NCBI GenBank assembly: GCA_965213995.1
Contig: OZ243929.1
Coordinates: 92,134 to 156,133 of the forward strand
DNA length: 64,000 nucleotides
Origin: Gammaproteobacteria bacterium
GTDB lineage: Bacteria; Pseudomonadota; Gammaproteobacteria; Steroidobacterales; Foliamicaceae
Direction: 5' to 3'
Positions within the stretch are counted from its first letter, which is position 1, and each line of letters begins with the position of its first letter. The notes beneath the pieces are model-generated. The model did not search any database and had not been told where the DNA came from. It was given only the letters and a program-made list of their open reading frames with translations. Position numbers and translations under genes: made by a program. Shown here in pieces: positions 27,250 through 37,599 of the stretch.

Positions 27250-27741
27250 TCGGGAGGCAGCAGATCGCAAGGCTCCAAGCGCCACGGGTCGCCGTAGGTG
27301 ACTGCGATCCGCGAATTAACGACCGGGGCTGATTGGAATGCGGAATTGTATTGGGTAGCCACAAGCTGGCATCGATAGCTTTCACAATGGCATCTCACAA
27401 TTCAACGCCCTATGCCATGCGCCGCCCTTGAAAACCAGCCCTGCCGCGGCGAGGGTGGCAAGGACGATTATGAGGGGGTTGCCAAACCGTTCAGGCATAC
27501 AAGTGGCCCTTGGGAAGAACTGTGGGTGCTAGCATACACGCCTTTCTTTCTGCCCATTCCGTGATCCTATTCAGTCACACTTTCGGAGAGCGAGACGTGG
27601 CGGAAGGTAAGAAGAAAGCCCCAAGCATATCCCACCGCAAGGGTTAGAATAGCAAAGAATGCCTATGCTGGCGGCGAGTGTTATGCAGACCGCTCCGCCC
27701 GGGATTCCCGCAGGTGGCGTTCATCACGTGGAGAGGGATTA

Positions 27742-28695
27742 ATGCGAGCAGTAGTCACGGGGGCAGGGGGGTTCATCGGCCACCATCTTGTCAGCCGCCT
27801 TAAGGGCGAGGGCCATTGGGTGCGGGGAGTGGACCTGAAGAGGCCGGAGTTCGAGGGCAGCGTGGCGGACGAGTTCCTGGTTGCGGATCTTCGGCGCTAT
27901 GAAAACTGCGCCCGGGCGGTGGCTGGCGCAACCGATGTGTACCACCTTGTCGCCGACATGGGGGGCATCGGCTACATCACCGCTAACCATGCTCGGCTGA
28001 GTCGGAACAACACCCTGATCGACTGCCATATGCTGGAGGCGGCTGTCGCCGACGGAGCGGCGCGGCGCTACCTCTACACCAGCTCGGCGTCCGTCTATCC
28101 CAGTTTTTTGCAGGCGAGTGCCGACGCGACCTCGCTGCGGGAGGAGCAGGCGGTTCCGGCCGATCCCGAAAAGGGCTACGGATGGGAGAAGCTTTACGCG
28201 GAGCAACTCGCGTCCTACTACCGCGAGGAGCAGGGCCTCGACACGCGCATCGTTCGGTTCCACAACATTTACGGTCCGCTGACTGTTTACGACGGCGGCA
28301 AGGAAAAGGCGCCGGCGGCCATCCGCCGAAAGGTCGCGCAGGCCGGGGACGGCGAGGATATCGAGGTTTGGGGCGACGGTCGCCAGACGCGCAGCTTCTG
28401 CTATATCGACGACTGCATCGAGGGGCTGCGGCGCATCATGGAGTCGGGCCATGCGCTGCCGATCAATCTGGGAACGGAGGAGCTGGTCACGGTCGATGAA
28501 TTAGTCGATGCCGCCTGCGCGGCGGCGGGAAAGCGCTTGGGGCGGCGGTGCGACCGGTCCAAGCCTGAAGGCGTGCGCGGGCGCAACAGCGACAACGCGC
28601 GCTTGCGCGAGGTGATTGGCTGGCAGCCCGAAACGCCGCTTCGCGAAGGCATTGCGGCCACCTATCGATGGATCGCCGACCGCTTGGCGGAGTGA
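27742..28695 (+). CDS. NAD-dependent epimerase/dehydratase (GDP-mannose 3,5-epimerase-like)
   Basis: 317 aa. MRAVVTGAGGFIGHHLVSRLKGEGHWVRGVD, YGWEK (YxxxK). RBS GGAGAGGG before the ATG. Confidence 0.8.
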   Translation: MRAVVTGAGGFIGHHLVSRLKGEGHWVRGVDLKRPEFEGSVADEFLVADLRRYENCARAVAGATDVYHLVADMGGIGYITANHARLSRNNTLIDCHMLEAAVADGAARRYLYTSSASVYPSFLQASADATSLREEQAVPADPEKGYGWEKLYAEQLASYYREEQGLDTRIVRFHNIYGPLTVYDGGKEKAPAAIRRKVAQAGDGEDIEVWGDGRQTRSFCYIDDCIEGLRRIMESGHALPINLGTEELVTVDELVDAACAAAGKRLGRRCDRSKPEGVRGRNSDNARLREVIGWQPETPLREGIAATYRWIADRLAE

Positions 28696-28729
28696 CCAGG
28701 GGCATCCGAACGGACGGCCGCTTATCGCC

Positions 28730-29938
28730 TTGAAGCTCGTTATCCACGACTTCGCGGGCCATCCGTTCCCAATGCAGCTCGGCCGGACGCTGGCCCGGCG
28801 GGGGCACCGGGTGCATCATCTGCACTGCGAGTCGCTGGTTGGCGCCAAGGCCGATCTGGAGGTTGGGGAGAATGATCCGGCGGGGCTGGCTGTCGAGGGC
28901 GTGGGCGGCAGGCGCCCAATGGCCAAGGGCAGCCTTGTCCGCCGTCTGGCAATGGAGAACGCCTACGGGCGCCGTGCCGCCGCGAAGATAGCGGCGGCCA
29001 AGCCGGATGTCGTGCTGTGCGCCAACACGCCGCTCGACGCGTTGCGCTGGATTGTTCCCGCCTGCCGCCGTCGCGGCGCCGGATTCGTGAGCTGGCTTCA
29101 GGACCTCAACAGCGTGGCGGCCGCCGACATCCTGCCCCGCAAGATTCCCGTTTTCGGCGGGCTGGCGGCGCGGCGCTACCTGCGGCTGGAGCGTTCGCTG
29201 CTGCATCGCAGCGACCATATCGTGGCGATTTCGGAGGACTTCCAAAGCCACTTGGAGAGCATCGGCATCCCGGCGGGGGCGTGGAGCGTCATCCGCAACT
29301 GGGCGCCTCTCGACGAGCTGCCGATGCGCCCGCGCCGGAATCCTTGGGCTGAGCGCCACGGGCTGACCCATGGATTCAATATCGTTTACACCGGCAACCT
29401 CGGCCTCAAGCACAATCCCCAACTGCTGCTCGACTTGGCCCGGAACCCGCCGGCGCCCAACGCCCGGGTGGTGGTGGTGTCGGAGGGCATCGGCGCGGAC
29501 TGGCTCGCCCGCCGCAAGCGGGCGCTCGGCCTCGACAATCTGGCGCTGCTGCCGTTCCAGCCCTACGCGGCGCTGCCCGATGTCATGGCGGCCGCGGATA
29601 TCCTGCTGGCGCTGCTGGAGCCGCAGACGCAGCCGTACTGCGTGCCCAGCAAGGTGCTTTCATACTGCTGCGCCGGACGCGCCATCGTGCTCTCGGCGGA
29701 TGCCGGCAACCTCGCCAGCCGAATTGTCGCAGGGCAGGGCTGCGGCCGGGCGGTGGCGGCCGGCGACGGCGCGGCGGTCGCCGAGGCGGTTTCCGAACTC
29801 CTGCGGGACGACCGGGAACGGGAGGCTTGCGCCCGCCGCGCACGGCGCTACGCCGAGCAGTCCTTCGATATCGAACCCATCGCCTCCAGGTTCGAGGAGT
29901 TGCTGCTGCGGGTCGTCGAGCGGCGCCAGCAGGGCTAG
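28730..29938 (+). CDS. Glycosyltransferase family 4 (GT-B)
   Basis: KLVIHDFAGHPFPMQLGRTLARRGHRV..., C-terminal ...VPSKVLSYCCAGRAIV. The start is set at an in-frame TTG (28730) to avoid an 80-nt overlap; the track ORF starts at 28616, so the start is uncertain. Confidence 0.7.
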   Translation: MKLVIHDFAGHPFPMQLGRTLARRGHRVHHLHCESLVGAKADLEVGENDPAGLAVEGVGGRRPMAKGSLVRRLAMENAYGRRAAAKIAAAKPDVVLCANTPLDALRWIVPACRRRGAGFVSWLQDLNSVAAADILPRKIPVFGGLAARRYLRLERSLLHRSDHIVAISEDFQSHLESIGIPAGAWSVIRNWAPLDELPMRPRRNPWAERHGLTHGFNIVYTGNLGLKHNPQLLLDLARNPPAPNARVVVVSEGIGADWLARRKRALGLDNLALLPFQPYAALPDVMAAADILLALLEPQTQPYCVPSKVLSYCCAGRAIVLSADAGNLASRIVAGQGCGRAVAAGDGAAVAEAVSELLRDDREREACARRARRYAEQSFDIEPIASRFEELLLRVVERRQQG

Positions 29939-29949
29939 CCGATCCCACG

Positions 29950-30097
29950 GCATCATCGGGCGGGGCGCAAAAGTTGGATCAGGCCGGTTGGCGGACGCAG
30001 CGCCGCAACCGCCAGCGAGCTTGGCCGCTGGTCGAGAAACGTCAATGTTCGGCTAGCGCCAAGATCGCTTTGGGCAGCCAGCGCGGCTTAAGCGGCC
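29950..30097 (-). pseudogene. Junction scar: copy of the flippase 3' end plus the SGNH 5' end
   Basis: 29950-30045 matches 33153-33245 (the last ~30 codons of the flippase). 30046-30097 encodes MLRPLKPRWLPKAILALA, the start of an SGNH paralogue. Confidence 0.65.
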
Positions 30098-31288
30098 TCA
30101 ACATCCCACCGGATCCCAGCGCTCGCTTTGTGGCCGCATTCTCATGCTCGCCCAGTCTCCCATCGAAGGGATGGCGAGCGAATACACATCGGCGCGGTCT
30201 TTGGTGACGATTCCCTTGTCCACGAGCTCTTCATAGATGTCGGCGCTATCTTCGGTGGATATGCCAACCTTCGATTTCCCGAGCTTCGCGCTCGAAGCTA
30301 TGGTGTCGTAAATCAGGTCCCCCAACTCGACCGCGCCATCAAGCTCTCCCTTTCGCGAAATTGCCGCGATAATTCGGCATGACAACTTCTTGTCCCGATC
30401 CAACAGCCCCGATTCCACCCGTTCGTCATAATAGCGGAAGCGCCGCCCGTCGCTGCCGCGCTTGATACGGTCGGAATCCACCCGTTCAAAATTCCCATCA
30501 CACCGTATCAGTTCCTCGCACACCGCCGCTTGGGCGCTGTGGAGATGCGCTGGCCATCCCTTGGAGAGGTCGGCGCACAAATCCGCCAAGGCATCAATCC
30601 GATCCCCTTCCACACCCAACACTTTCGAGAGCATCATGCGGGACGAATGCACGCAGCACTCATGTTCAAGCGCGCCAATCTCACGAGTGGCATCCGCCGC
30701 CGGTCTGGATAGGCCGGGGATATTTTTTATCCGGTTTTTGGTTCGGCCCAATCCAGTGAGCAACACCACGCATGGCACTTCAATGCCTGTCTGATGGAGT
30801 GTGCGAAGCATGAGCTCGTGGGATTCCGGCAACGCGTGGGCTTCGTCGATATGAACGACTAGCGCCGCCCCTTTGCTTCTGGCGGAAGAAATCATATTGG
30901 CCACCGCATCGGTGAGCGGCTCGCCCAGAATGCGGTTGCAGCCTGCTTCCACTAAATCCTTGATCGCATTCGATGCTTTCCCCTTTAGCGAGGTTGCCGA
31001 ATCCTTGAAAGCCTTGGCAAGCCATTCCGCACTGAACGGGGTGGTCGGAGCCACTTGCGCAAAGACGGCTTTCCGCGAAAATTTTTTTTTGAGTTGGTGG
31101 CCTATTGAAGTTTTGCCGCATCCCGGAGCGCCTTGGAAAATACGGAGCACCGCTTGCTCCGAATCGGCGGCTTGCGCCAACCCCTTCGCAAATGAATCAA
31201 TTTCTTTCTGTCGGCCGGCAAAAAACAATGCTCGGTCGCGATCTTTCGATTGGGCGATTTTTTCCGCAAGATTGGCATCAAACCGCAT
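30098..31288 (-). CDS. P-loop NTPase (distant paralogue of the 6403/31546 ATPases)
   Basis: 396 aa. FFAGRQKEIDSF, Walker A GAPGCGKTSIG, Walker B VVHIDEAHAL, and later GWPAHLHSAQAAV and YSLAIPSMGDW blocks parallel GWPQHLAVYLNAAV / YSMPIPSFARHL in 31546..32880. Confidence 0.7.
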   Translation of the reverse strand: MRFDANLAEKIAQSKDRDRALFFAGRQKEIDSFAKGLAQAADSEQAVLRIFQGAPGCGKTSIGHQLKKKFSRKAVFAQVAPTTPFSAEWLAKAFKDSATSLKGKASNAIKDLVEAGCNRILGEPLTDAVANMISSARSKGAALVVHIDEAHALPESHELMLRTLHQTGIEVPCVVLLTGLGRTKNRIKNIPGLSRPAADATREIGALEHECCVHSSRMMLSKVLGVEGDRIDALADLCADLSKGWPAHLHSAQAAVCEELIRCDGNFERVDSDRIKRGSDGRRFRYYDERVESGLLDRDKKLSCRIIAAISRKGELDGAVELGDLIYDTIASSAKLGKSKVGISTEDSADIYEELVDKGIVTKDRADVYSLAIPSMGDWASMRMRPQSERWDPVGC

Positions 31289-31545
31289 GGTTCAATTATG
31301 CCCGATACCAGTAGGGCGATGGACGATCGGCGCCAAGAACCCATGACTTGCCCGCGCTTGTTAATGCGGTAAGCGAGGACAGCCAAGACCGCCTTTGGGA
31401 GCGGATTGAAGAAGGCGCGAGAAGCTTGCTTGATGAAGTGTGCCAGCGCTACCTGATTTACCGTTACCCTGTTGAAACGGGCGCCCACAGCACCCCACCA
31501 GAACCGGCCACGTGGGAGAATGAAATGACCTGACTTCGTGGCACA

Positions 31546-32880
31546 ATGCCGATGATGGCGCTGCTCGATGAAAACTACCGGGATGATGGTCGCCTGCGCG
31601 AACAGGATCGGGTTTTGGCGGCGGACTTTCTGGCGGACGAGGACCGTGCCCAGATCACCGGGCGCGGGGTGCCGTTCTTTTCCGGGCGCGAGTCCGAACT
31701 CAGCGTCTTCCGGCGGGTTGCCAACACCCTGTCGCGCGGCCGGCCCGGCAACGCTTCGATCGTGGTGGAGGGGCCGCCCGGCGTGGGCAAGAGCGCGCTG
31801 ATGTGCCAATTCATGGAGGAGATGCGGTCCCTGCCGCCGGCCGGGGAGCGGCGGTGGCTGCCCGTGCCGCTAGCCGCGGGCAGCGCGGAATCGCCGCCGG
31901 ACATCGCCGACGCGATCGACGCGGCCATTGTTTCCAAGCTGGCGGCGGACCTGCTGGCATCGGAATCCGCCGAAGCCACCCTCTTGGAAAGGCTCGGCGA
32001 CTATTGGGGCAAGCTCGAGCCGGGGAGGGCGAGGGCCAAGGCCAAGGAGTTCCTGGACCGGGGCGGAAGCGTGCTGGGCTTCTCGCTCGGCGCCTCGCGC
32101 GAGGGGCCGCCGAGGTCCATCGCGCAGGCCGCCGCCCGGCGTCCCGCTTGGCAGTCCTGGCAGATCGTGCTGATGATCGACGAGGCGCAAGGCATCAAGT
32201 CCGGCGAGCAGCATGCGGGGGCCGGGACTTTGAGCGCTTTGCACCAGGGCATCGTCAGGGCGCCGGTCTCGTTCTGCGCCTTCGGCCTGCCCGGAACGTT
32301 GCTGGCCTTGGGCGATGTGGGCGTTTCCCGTCTGGCGGATGGTCGGAGCATCCATCTTCGCGGCCTCGATAGCCGGGCCGCCGGACAGACGGTGGAGCGG
32401 TGCTTCAAAGCATTCGGCGTGCGCGGCGGCGCGGCGTGGCGCGAGGCGATTCTGGCCCGTGCCGCCAATTGGCCGCAGCATCTGGCCGTGTATCTCAACG
32501 CCGCCGTCCGCCAGCTCCGCGAGACAAGTCCGGAGCGCATGGATGCGGGAAGCGCCGGCTTCGAGGCGGCGATGCGCGAGGGCGACCGGGCGCGCGCGAA
32601 CTACTACCGGCAGCGCATCGCGCGGCTGACGCGCCGCAACATCGAATTCGGCAATCTGGCAAAGAGGCTCGCTCCGCTTTTCGAGGGCCGCGAATCACGG
32701 CTCCCCGCCGCCGACCTGACGACAGCCATCAGGGCGGCGTCGCCGGATTTGTCCGACGCGGATATCACGCGGTTCGTGCAGGATGCCGAGCACAGCGGAT
32801 TCCTAGTGCTCGCGGACGACGAATACGCCTATTCGATGCCCATCCCCTCGTTCGCCCGACACTTGCTCGGCAACGGATAG
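31546..32880 (+). CDS. P-loop NTPase (AAA_16/Orc1-like), paralogue 2
   Basis: 444 aa with GPPGVGKSALM and LMIDEAQG. Head-to-head with 30098..31288. Confidence 0.7.
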   Translation: MPMMALLDENYRDDGRLREQDRVLAADFLADEDRAQITGRGVPFFSGRESELSVFRRVANTLSRGRPGNASIVVEGPPGVGKSALMCQFMEEMRSLPPAGERRWLPVPLAAGSAESPPDIADAIDAAIVSKLAADLLASESAEATLLERLGDYWGKLEPGRARAKAKEFLDRGGSVLGFSLGASREGPPRSIAQAAARRPAWQSWQIVLMIDEAQGIKSGEQHAGAGTLSALHQGIVRAPVSFCAFGLPGTLLALGDVGVSRLADGRSIHLRGLDSRAAGQTVERCFKAFGVRGGAAWREAILARAANWPQHLAVYLNAAVRQLRETSPERMDAGSAGFEAAMREGDRARANYYRQRIARLTRRNIEFGNLAKRLAPLFEGRESRLPAADLTTAIRAASPDLSDADITRFVQDAEHSGFLVLADDEYAYSMPIPSFARHLLGNG

Positions 32881-33152
32881 ACGGGGAAACACTATGGATG
32901 GTTTCCGGCCAGAAGCGGCGTTTGACTTAGGGGAACCAGATGCGGCGAACCCGCACAGAGCTGTGTGTCCAAGTTCAGGCATATGTGGGATTTGCACCAA
33001 GTTTGACGTAGGGTTTGCTTGGCTGGCGTAGTGATGCTATGGCTCTTATTCACCATGGTCCGCCTCACCATAAGCTTAGCCGAGCGCACCCATCGTGCCT
33101 TGAAGGAGGCGGCCAGCGGTAATAGGCGGATCAGGACCAGCCGATGCCGAGG

Positions 33153-34430
33153 TCATTGGTCGGGGCGCAAAAGCCGGATCAGGCCGGTTGGCGGGCGCAG
33201 CGCCGCAACCGCCAGCGAGCTTGGCCGCTGGTCGAGAAACGTTAATGCCCGACGGGCGACCAGTGCGAACACCAGCCACTCGCCAATGGCCAGCGCCGCT
33301 GCGGCGCCGTCCGCGCCTAGGCCGGGCGCGAGCGCGGCGGCGGTGGCCAGCGCCAGCGCGGCGACCGGCGTGTAGGCCACCGCGATGCGCTGGCTGCGGT
33401 TCGCCGCCGTCAGCGCAGTGCCTGCGGCGGTCCACAGCAGCGTGGCTAAAGCGGCGGCGAGCAGGAACGCGAACAGCGGCTGGCGCGCGACGATCTCCCC
33501 GCCGGTCCAGAGCGCTGCCGCTTGGGGGCCGACCATCAGCAATGCCAGCAGAGCCGCCGTGCCGCACCAGAGCGCGAATTGCACTGCTTGGGTGTTCAGT
33601 TGCCGCAGCCGCGCGCGCTCGCCCTGTCCATGCGCGAACGTGGCCTCGACGCGCAGCGTGACGAATAGGATGCCGGCAAGATGCACCGGAGCCCGGGCCA
33701 GGAGGCGCAGCGTGGTGAAGACGGCTGCTGCGGCTGGGCCGACGATGGCGCTGATTACCACGACGGGGCCCTGAATCACCAAAGCGTTGCCGAGCGCCAG
33801 CCCCGAGAGGCCCAGCGATGCCGGGGCGAGGAGGCGCATCTCCGCGATGGAGGCCTCGGCCAGTCCTGGGCGCAGCCAAGGGCTGTGCCGCCGCGCCAGC
33901 GCGGCCACGCACGCGAGCCCCGCCAGCTCGGCGAGCGCCAAGGCTAGGGCCGCTTCGCCTGGTCCGCCTCCAAGGGCAATGGCCAACGCGGCCAAGGCGA
34001 AGCCGGTGGCGCGCGTCAGGGCGAGCACGAGGGCCAGCAGTCCGTACTGGCCCGCAGCGGTGAGGCCCGCCCCGAACAGCCCGGATTGCAGGTGCGCCAG
34101 CGCCGTAGCGATGAGCAGTGGCAGCACGATGCCGTCTTCGCCCAACTCGGCGAGTCCCAGCCAAGCAGCCAAGGGCGTGAAGCCGAACAGTGCGCCTCCC
34201 GCCGCCGCAGCCCCTAGGGACAGGCCGGTAACCAGCGCCCAAGCGCTTTGAAATCCCGCCCGGGCGCCCGCGATATCGCCGCGCGCCGCCCGCATTGCGG
34301 TTTCGTTGGCCATCGTGGCGGAATAGCCGAAATCGACCATCATGAACCAGCTCTGTAGCGCGATGGCGACGAGCCATTCCCCGTACAGGGCGATGCCCCA
34401 GAAGTGGAGGTGCAGAGGAACCCCGGCCAT
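33153..34430 (-). CDS. Polysaccharide flippase-like multi-pass membrane protein (MOP/Wzx type)
   Basis: Very hydrophobic Ala/Leu/Gly-rich ORF with many predicted TM helices in a polysaccharide gene context. The start is uncertain (ATG 34430 chosen; the track ORF starts at 34595 and overlaps the upstream gene). Confidence 0.55.
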   Translation of the reverse strand: MAGVPLHLHFWGIALYGEWLVAIALQSWFMMVDFGYSATMANETAMRAARGDIAGARAGFQSAWALVTGLSLGAAAAGGALFGFTPLAAWLGLAELGEDGIVLPLLIATALAHLQSGLFGAGLTAAGQYGLLALVLALTRATGFALAALAIALGGGPGEAALALALAELAGLACVAALARRHSPWLRPGLAEASIAEMRLLAPASLGLSGLALGNALVIQGPVVVISAIVGPAAAAVFTTLRLLARAPVHLAGILFVTLRVEATFAHGQGERARLRQLNTQAVQFALWCGTAALLALLMVGPQAAALWTGGEIVARQPLFAFLLAAALATLLWTAAGTALTAANRSQRIAVAYTPVAALALATAAALAPGLGADGAAAALAIGEWLVFALVARRALTFLDQRPSSLAVAALRPPTGLIRLLRPDQ

Positions 34431-34540
34431 TTGGATCGCAAAGCCGACTGCGTAGCCGGCGCCATGACCGCCGAGCCCGCGTCGAATTCTCAAATGCGGC
34501 GCGGGGCGCGTCGCCCCGGAGGATGCCGCCGGTCCGGGCC

Positions 34541-35905
34541 TCAAAGAGCGTTCCGGTCGCCGGCCAGCATCGGCACGCTTCGCGCCACGATCCACAGGTC
34601 CAGCCAGACCGACCAGCGGCTCACGTACCAGAGGTCGTGGTCAACCCGCCGTTGCATGTTCTCGACGGTGTCGGTTTTTCCCCGAAGCCCGTGGATTTGC
34701 GCCCAGCCGGTAATTCCCGGTTTGATTTTGTGCCGCAGCATATAGCCCGGAATCAGCCGCCGGTAGTGCTCGTTATGGTCAAGCGCGTGCGGCCGGGGGC
34801 CCACCACGGACATATCGCCGCGCAGCACATTGAAAAACTGCGGCAGCTCGTCTAAGGATGTGCGGCGAAGAAAGGCCCCGACCGGCGACAGCCGGGAGTC
34901 GTTGGCGCGCGCCTGCTGAATGTTCCGGCCATCTTGCATCACCGTCATGGTGCGGAACTTGAGAACGCGGATTGTGCTGCCGTCGATGCCGTGGCGGCGC
35001 TGCCGGAACAGCACGGGGCCGGGCGAGGTGAGCTTTACCGCGGCGGCGATCGCCAGCATCGGAACGGTGGCCACCGCCAGCACGGCGCAAGCGAGGATGA
35101 TGTCCTCGGCGCGCTTGATCCAGCCGTTAATGCCAACGAACGGCGTCTCGAAAACACTGACTAGGGGTTGGCTCCCGAGGCTTACCCATTGGGCATGCGC
35201 CAGCTCTTCGGTCAGGGGTGTCGGGACGATGTACACGTTCGCCGGCGTGTCGGAGAGCGCCGCGACAAGCTTGCGGGCGGACTCCTCCTCGCTCGGCGGA
35301 AGCGCGATGAACACCGCCGAGAACTCCCGCCGCGCGGCCCGCTCCACCAGCGCGGAGAAGTCGCCCAGCAGCGGCGCGGGCAATCCTTCCGGCGCGCCGC
35401 GCTCGGCGAAAAATCCCGCCATCGCCGCCGCCGGGGCGGCTTCGGACTGGAGAAGCCGAGCGAAACCGCTGGCCCGCGCGCCGCTGCCGGCAATGGCTAT
35501 TGGGGCTGTCTTGCGGGAGGATCGCATGAGGCGCGCGGCAAGATGGCGCGCGGCCCGCCAAGCGATCAGGCCGAAGGCCGCGAACACAGCCCACAAGCCG
35601 ATGCCCATCCGCGAGTAGTTCCCGGTCAGCTTGGTCATCCAGCTAATAACCAGCAGGCCGCCCAGCGCCAAAGCCCAAGCGATCAGGACGGTGCGGAACT
35701 CCCCGGTTAGCGTAGAGGCGCTGCGCCGCCCGCCGATGGCGGCGAGCAGGTAGAGCAACACGGCACCCACGCCGGCCAGCACATAAAGATCGGTGTTATC
35801 CAAATCGCGCAGCAGGTAGGCCAGCCAAAGCGCCGACACGATGGCCAGCACATCCCCGCACACGGCGGCGGCATCGGCGGCGGGCCGTTTTCGGGTCGGG
35901 ATCAT
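34541..35905 (-). CDS. Undecaprenyl-phosphate hexose-1-phosphate transferase (EPS priming sugar transferase, WbaP/EpsB type)
   Basis: N-terminal TM helices. The C-terminal PGPVLFRQRRHGIDGSTIRVLKFRTM...SLDELPQFFNVLRGDMSVVGPRPH is the canonical bacterial sugar-transferase domain. The start is set at MIPTRKRP (35905). Confidence 0.85.
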   Translation of the reverse strand: MIPTRKRPAADAAAVCGDVLAIVSALWLAYLLRDLDNTDLYVLAGVGAVLLYLLAAIGGRRSASTLTGEFRTVLIAWALALGGLLVISWMTKLTGNYSRMGIGLWAVFAAFGLIAWRAARHLAARLMRSSRKTAPIAIAGSGARASGFARLLQSEAAPAAAMAGFFAERGAPEGLPAPLLGDFSALVERAARREFSAVFIALPPSEEESARKLVAALSDTPANVYIVPTPLTEELAHAQWVSLGSQPLVSVFETPFVGINGWIKRAEDIILACAVLAVATVPMLAIAAAVKLTSPGPVLFRQRRHGIDGSTIRVLKFRTMTVMQDGRNIQQARANDSRLSPVGAFLRRTSLDELPQFFNVLRGDMSVVGPRPHALDHNEHYRRLIPGYMLRHKIKPGITGWAQIHGLRGKTDTVENMQRRVDHDLWYVSRWSVWLDLWIVARSVPMLAGDRNAL

Positions 35906-36201
35906 CGGCGCGGCCTTGCCATTGGCGGCCAAGGAGCCGCCAATGCGCCGTTGGCGGAAGCTTGGTGCGCTCTGTGCGGGCTCATAAACATACCGGAATC
36001 TGACTCGCGCGAATGGCGCGAAGTTTCGCGCCAGCGAAACTCCAACGCGCCTGCGGCGCAATCCCCGATGCGGTACGATGGCGCTGACTTTAGGAAACCG
36101 TACGCCATGCGCCACAATCCATTGCGTCCGCGTTGGCCGACGCACCCTTTCCGAGGAGCCGGCGCTTGACCGCGCCGCCCAAGCCGACAGCCACGCGCCC
36201 T

Positions 36202-37407
36202 ATGGACGGGCTCTTGGCGGCATTGCGCCTCGCCCTCCAGTTGGGCGACGGACGGGACGATGCGCGCGCCTGCGCGGGCATTGCGGACTGGGCGGCGGTG
36301 GCGCGGCTGGCAACGGGCCACCGGGTGCGGCCGCTGTTGCTCAAAGGGCTCGCCTCGGCTGCCGGCCGGGCACCCGAAAGCGGCCTTGAGGGGCGTCTTC
36401 GCAATCTCGCCGTCGCGCCTCGCATCCGCGGCCTGCGCCAACTCGCCGCGCTCGCGGAGATTTCCGAACGGCTGGCCGCAGGCGGCATCGATAGCATCGT
36501 GCTGAAAGGGTTGCCGCTCAGTCAGCAACTGCACGGCAATCCGCTGCTGCGCGAATCCATCGACATCGACCTGCTGGTCTCCCCGGAGCGTTTCGAGGAG
36601 GCGGCGGCAATCCTGCTCGAAACGGGCTGGCGCCGGGTTGGTCCGGACTTTGGGGAAACGCCGAGACGCAAGCAGTGGTACGACCGTTTGGTCCACGACT
36701 GCCCGTTCATCGGGCCTGGCGGCATTGTTGTGGAACTGCACCGCCGCCTTCTGGAAAATCCGTACCTGTTCAACGCACCTTTCGGACGCCTCTGGCAGGA
36801 GGGAAGGACGCAGACGGCGGGCGAACATGCCTACCGGGTGCTCGGCGATGGCCACTTGTTGTTCTACTTGGCCTTCCACGGCGCGGCTCACGGCTGGCAT
36901 CGGCTGAAATGGCTTTGCGATATCGCCGCCCTGCTGGCGGCAGCGGACGAGCAGTGGCTGGCGCGGTCGTCGGCGCGCTGTCCTCGGGGGCTGGCGACGG
37001 CACTTGGCTCGGCGCTCTGCCTGTGCGGGCAGGCCTTGCACACGGCGCCGCCTGCCGCCTTGCTCAAACTTGCGTCGGATGGAGCGCGGGCGCGGCTCAT
37101 TGCCCGCTTTGCTCGCCGCAAGTGGGCAGGCGAGCACACGCGGCAGCATTTGCGGGGATGGCGCCGAGTGCTGGTGGCGCTCGCGGACAGCTCCGCACGG
37201 TTTACTCTGAAAACGGATACTGGTTACATGCTGTTCGAGCTGGCCTCGCTGTTGGTCGCGCCCCGCGACTTCGACCGATTGAAACTGCCCGACCGCTGGC
37301 TCTGGCTGGCGCCGATTCTGCGCCCCGCGATTTGGATCGCCAAGGCGCTCGCAGGCCGTAGGGCGCACGGCGCCGCAGGCAATTCGGAACGCGGACGGTC
37401 GGCGTAG
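36202..37407 (+). CDS. Nucleotidyltransferase-family protein (PF14907-like)
   Basis: ...LKGLPLSQQLHGNPLLRESIDIDLLVSPERFEEAAAILLETGW...HGAAHGWHRLKWLCDIAALL resembles the uncharacterised NTP_transf_5 family often found next to PqqD/HPrK-like/AsnB-like genes. Confidence 0.55.
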   Translation: MDGLLAALRLALQLGDGRDDARACAGIADWAAVARLATGHRVRPLLLKGLASAAGRAPESGLEGRLRNLAVAPRIRGLRQLAALAEISERLAAGGIDSIVLKGLPLSQQLHGNPLLRESIDIDLLVSPERFEEAAAILLETGWRRVGPDFGETPRRKQWYDRLVHDCPFIGPGGIVVELHRRLLENPYLFNAPFGRLWQEGRTQTAGEHAYRVLGDGHLLFYLAFHGAAHGWHRLKWLCDIAALLAAADEQWLARSSARCPRGLATALGSALCLCGQALHTAPPAALLKLASDGARARLIARFARRKWAGEHTRQHLRGWRRVLVALADSSARFTLKTDTGYMLFELASLLVAPRDFDRLKLPDRWLWLAPILRPAIWIAKALAGRRAHGAAGNSERGRSA

Positions 37408-37599
37408 TTTCCTTGTTGTCATGGCGATGTTTGACGGAATCGAGGATGGCATCTCGGCGCAAACCCTAGTGCGATGCCATATTGAACGAATCGGAGCACC
37501 GGCACAAGACCGACGGCCAACCGCTCGCTGCCTTTCGCCGAGCGGGCAGGTTAATATGCGACGGTCTTATTGGCCTGCAACAACAAAGGCGCTGATCGA

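Noticed and set aside
27382-27498. A 38-aa hydrophobic minus-strand mini-ORF (MPERFGNPLIIVLATLAAAGLVFKGG..) in the spacer before the epimerase gene
   Set aside because: There is no RBS, no conservation elsewhere in the window, and it could arise by chance. Not reported as a feature.
33055-33125. A ribbon-helix-helix antitoxin-like start (MVRLTISLAERTHRALKEAASGN..)
   Set aside because: Only ~23 plausible codons exist before the frame runs antisense into the flippase 3' end. It is probably another gene scrap and is too short to call.
33076-37452. Long alternative-frame or antisense ORFs (33076..34377, 35902..37452, 34920..35618, 36675..37361)
   Set aside because: Same reasoning. They overlap the flippase, the priming transferase and the nucleotidyltransferase genes, and are Arg/Pro-rich.
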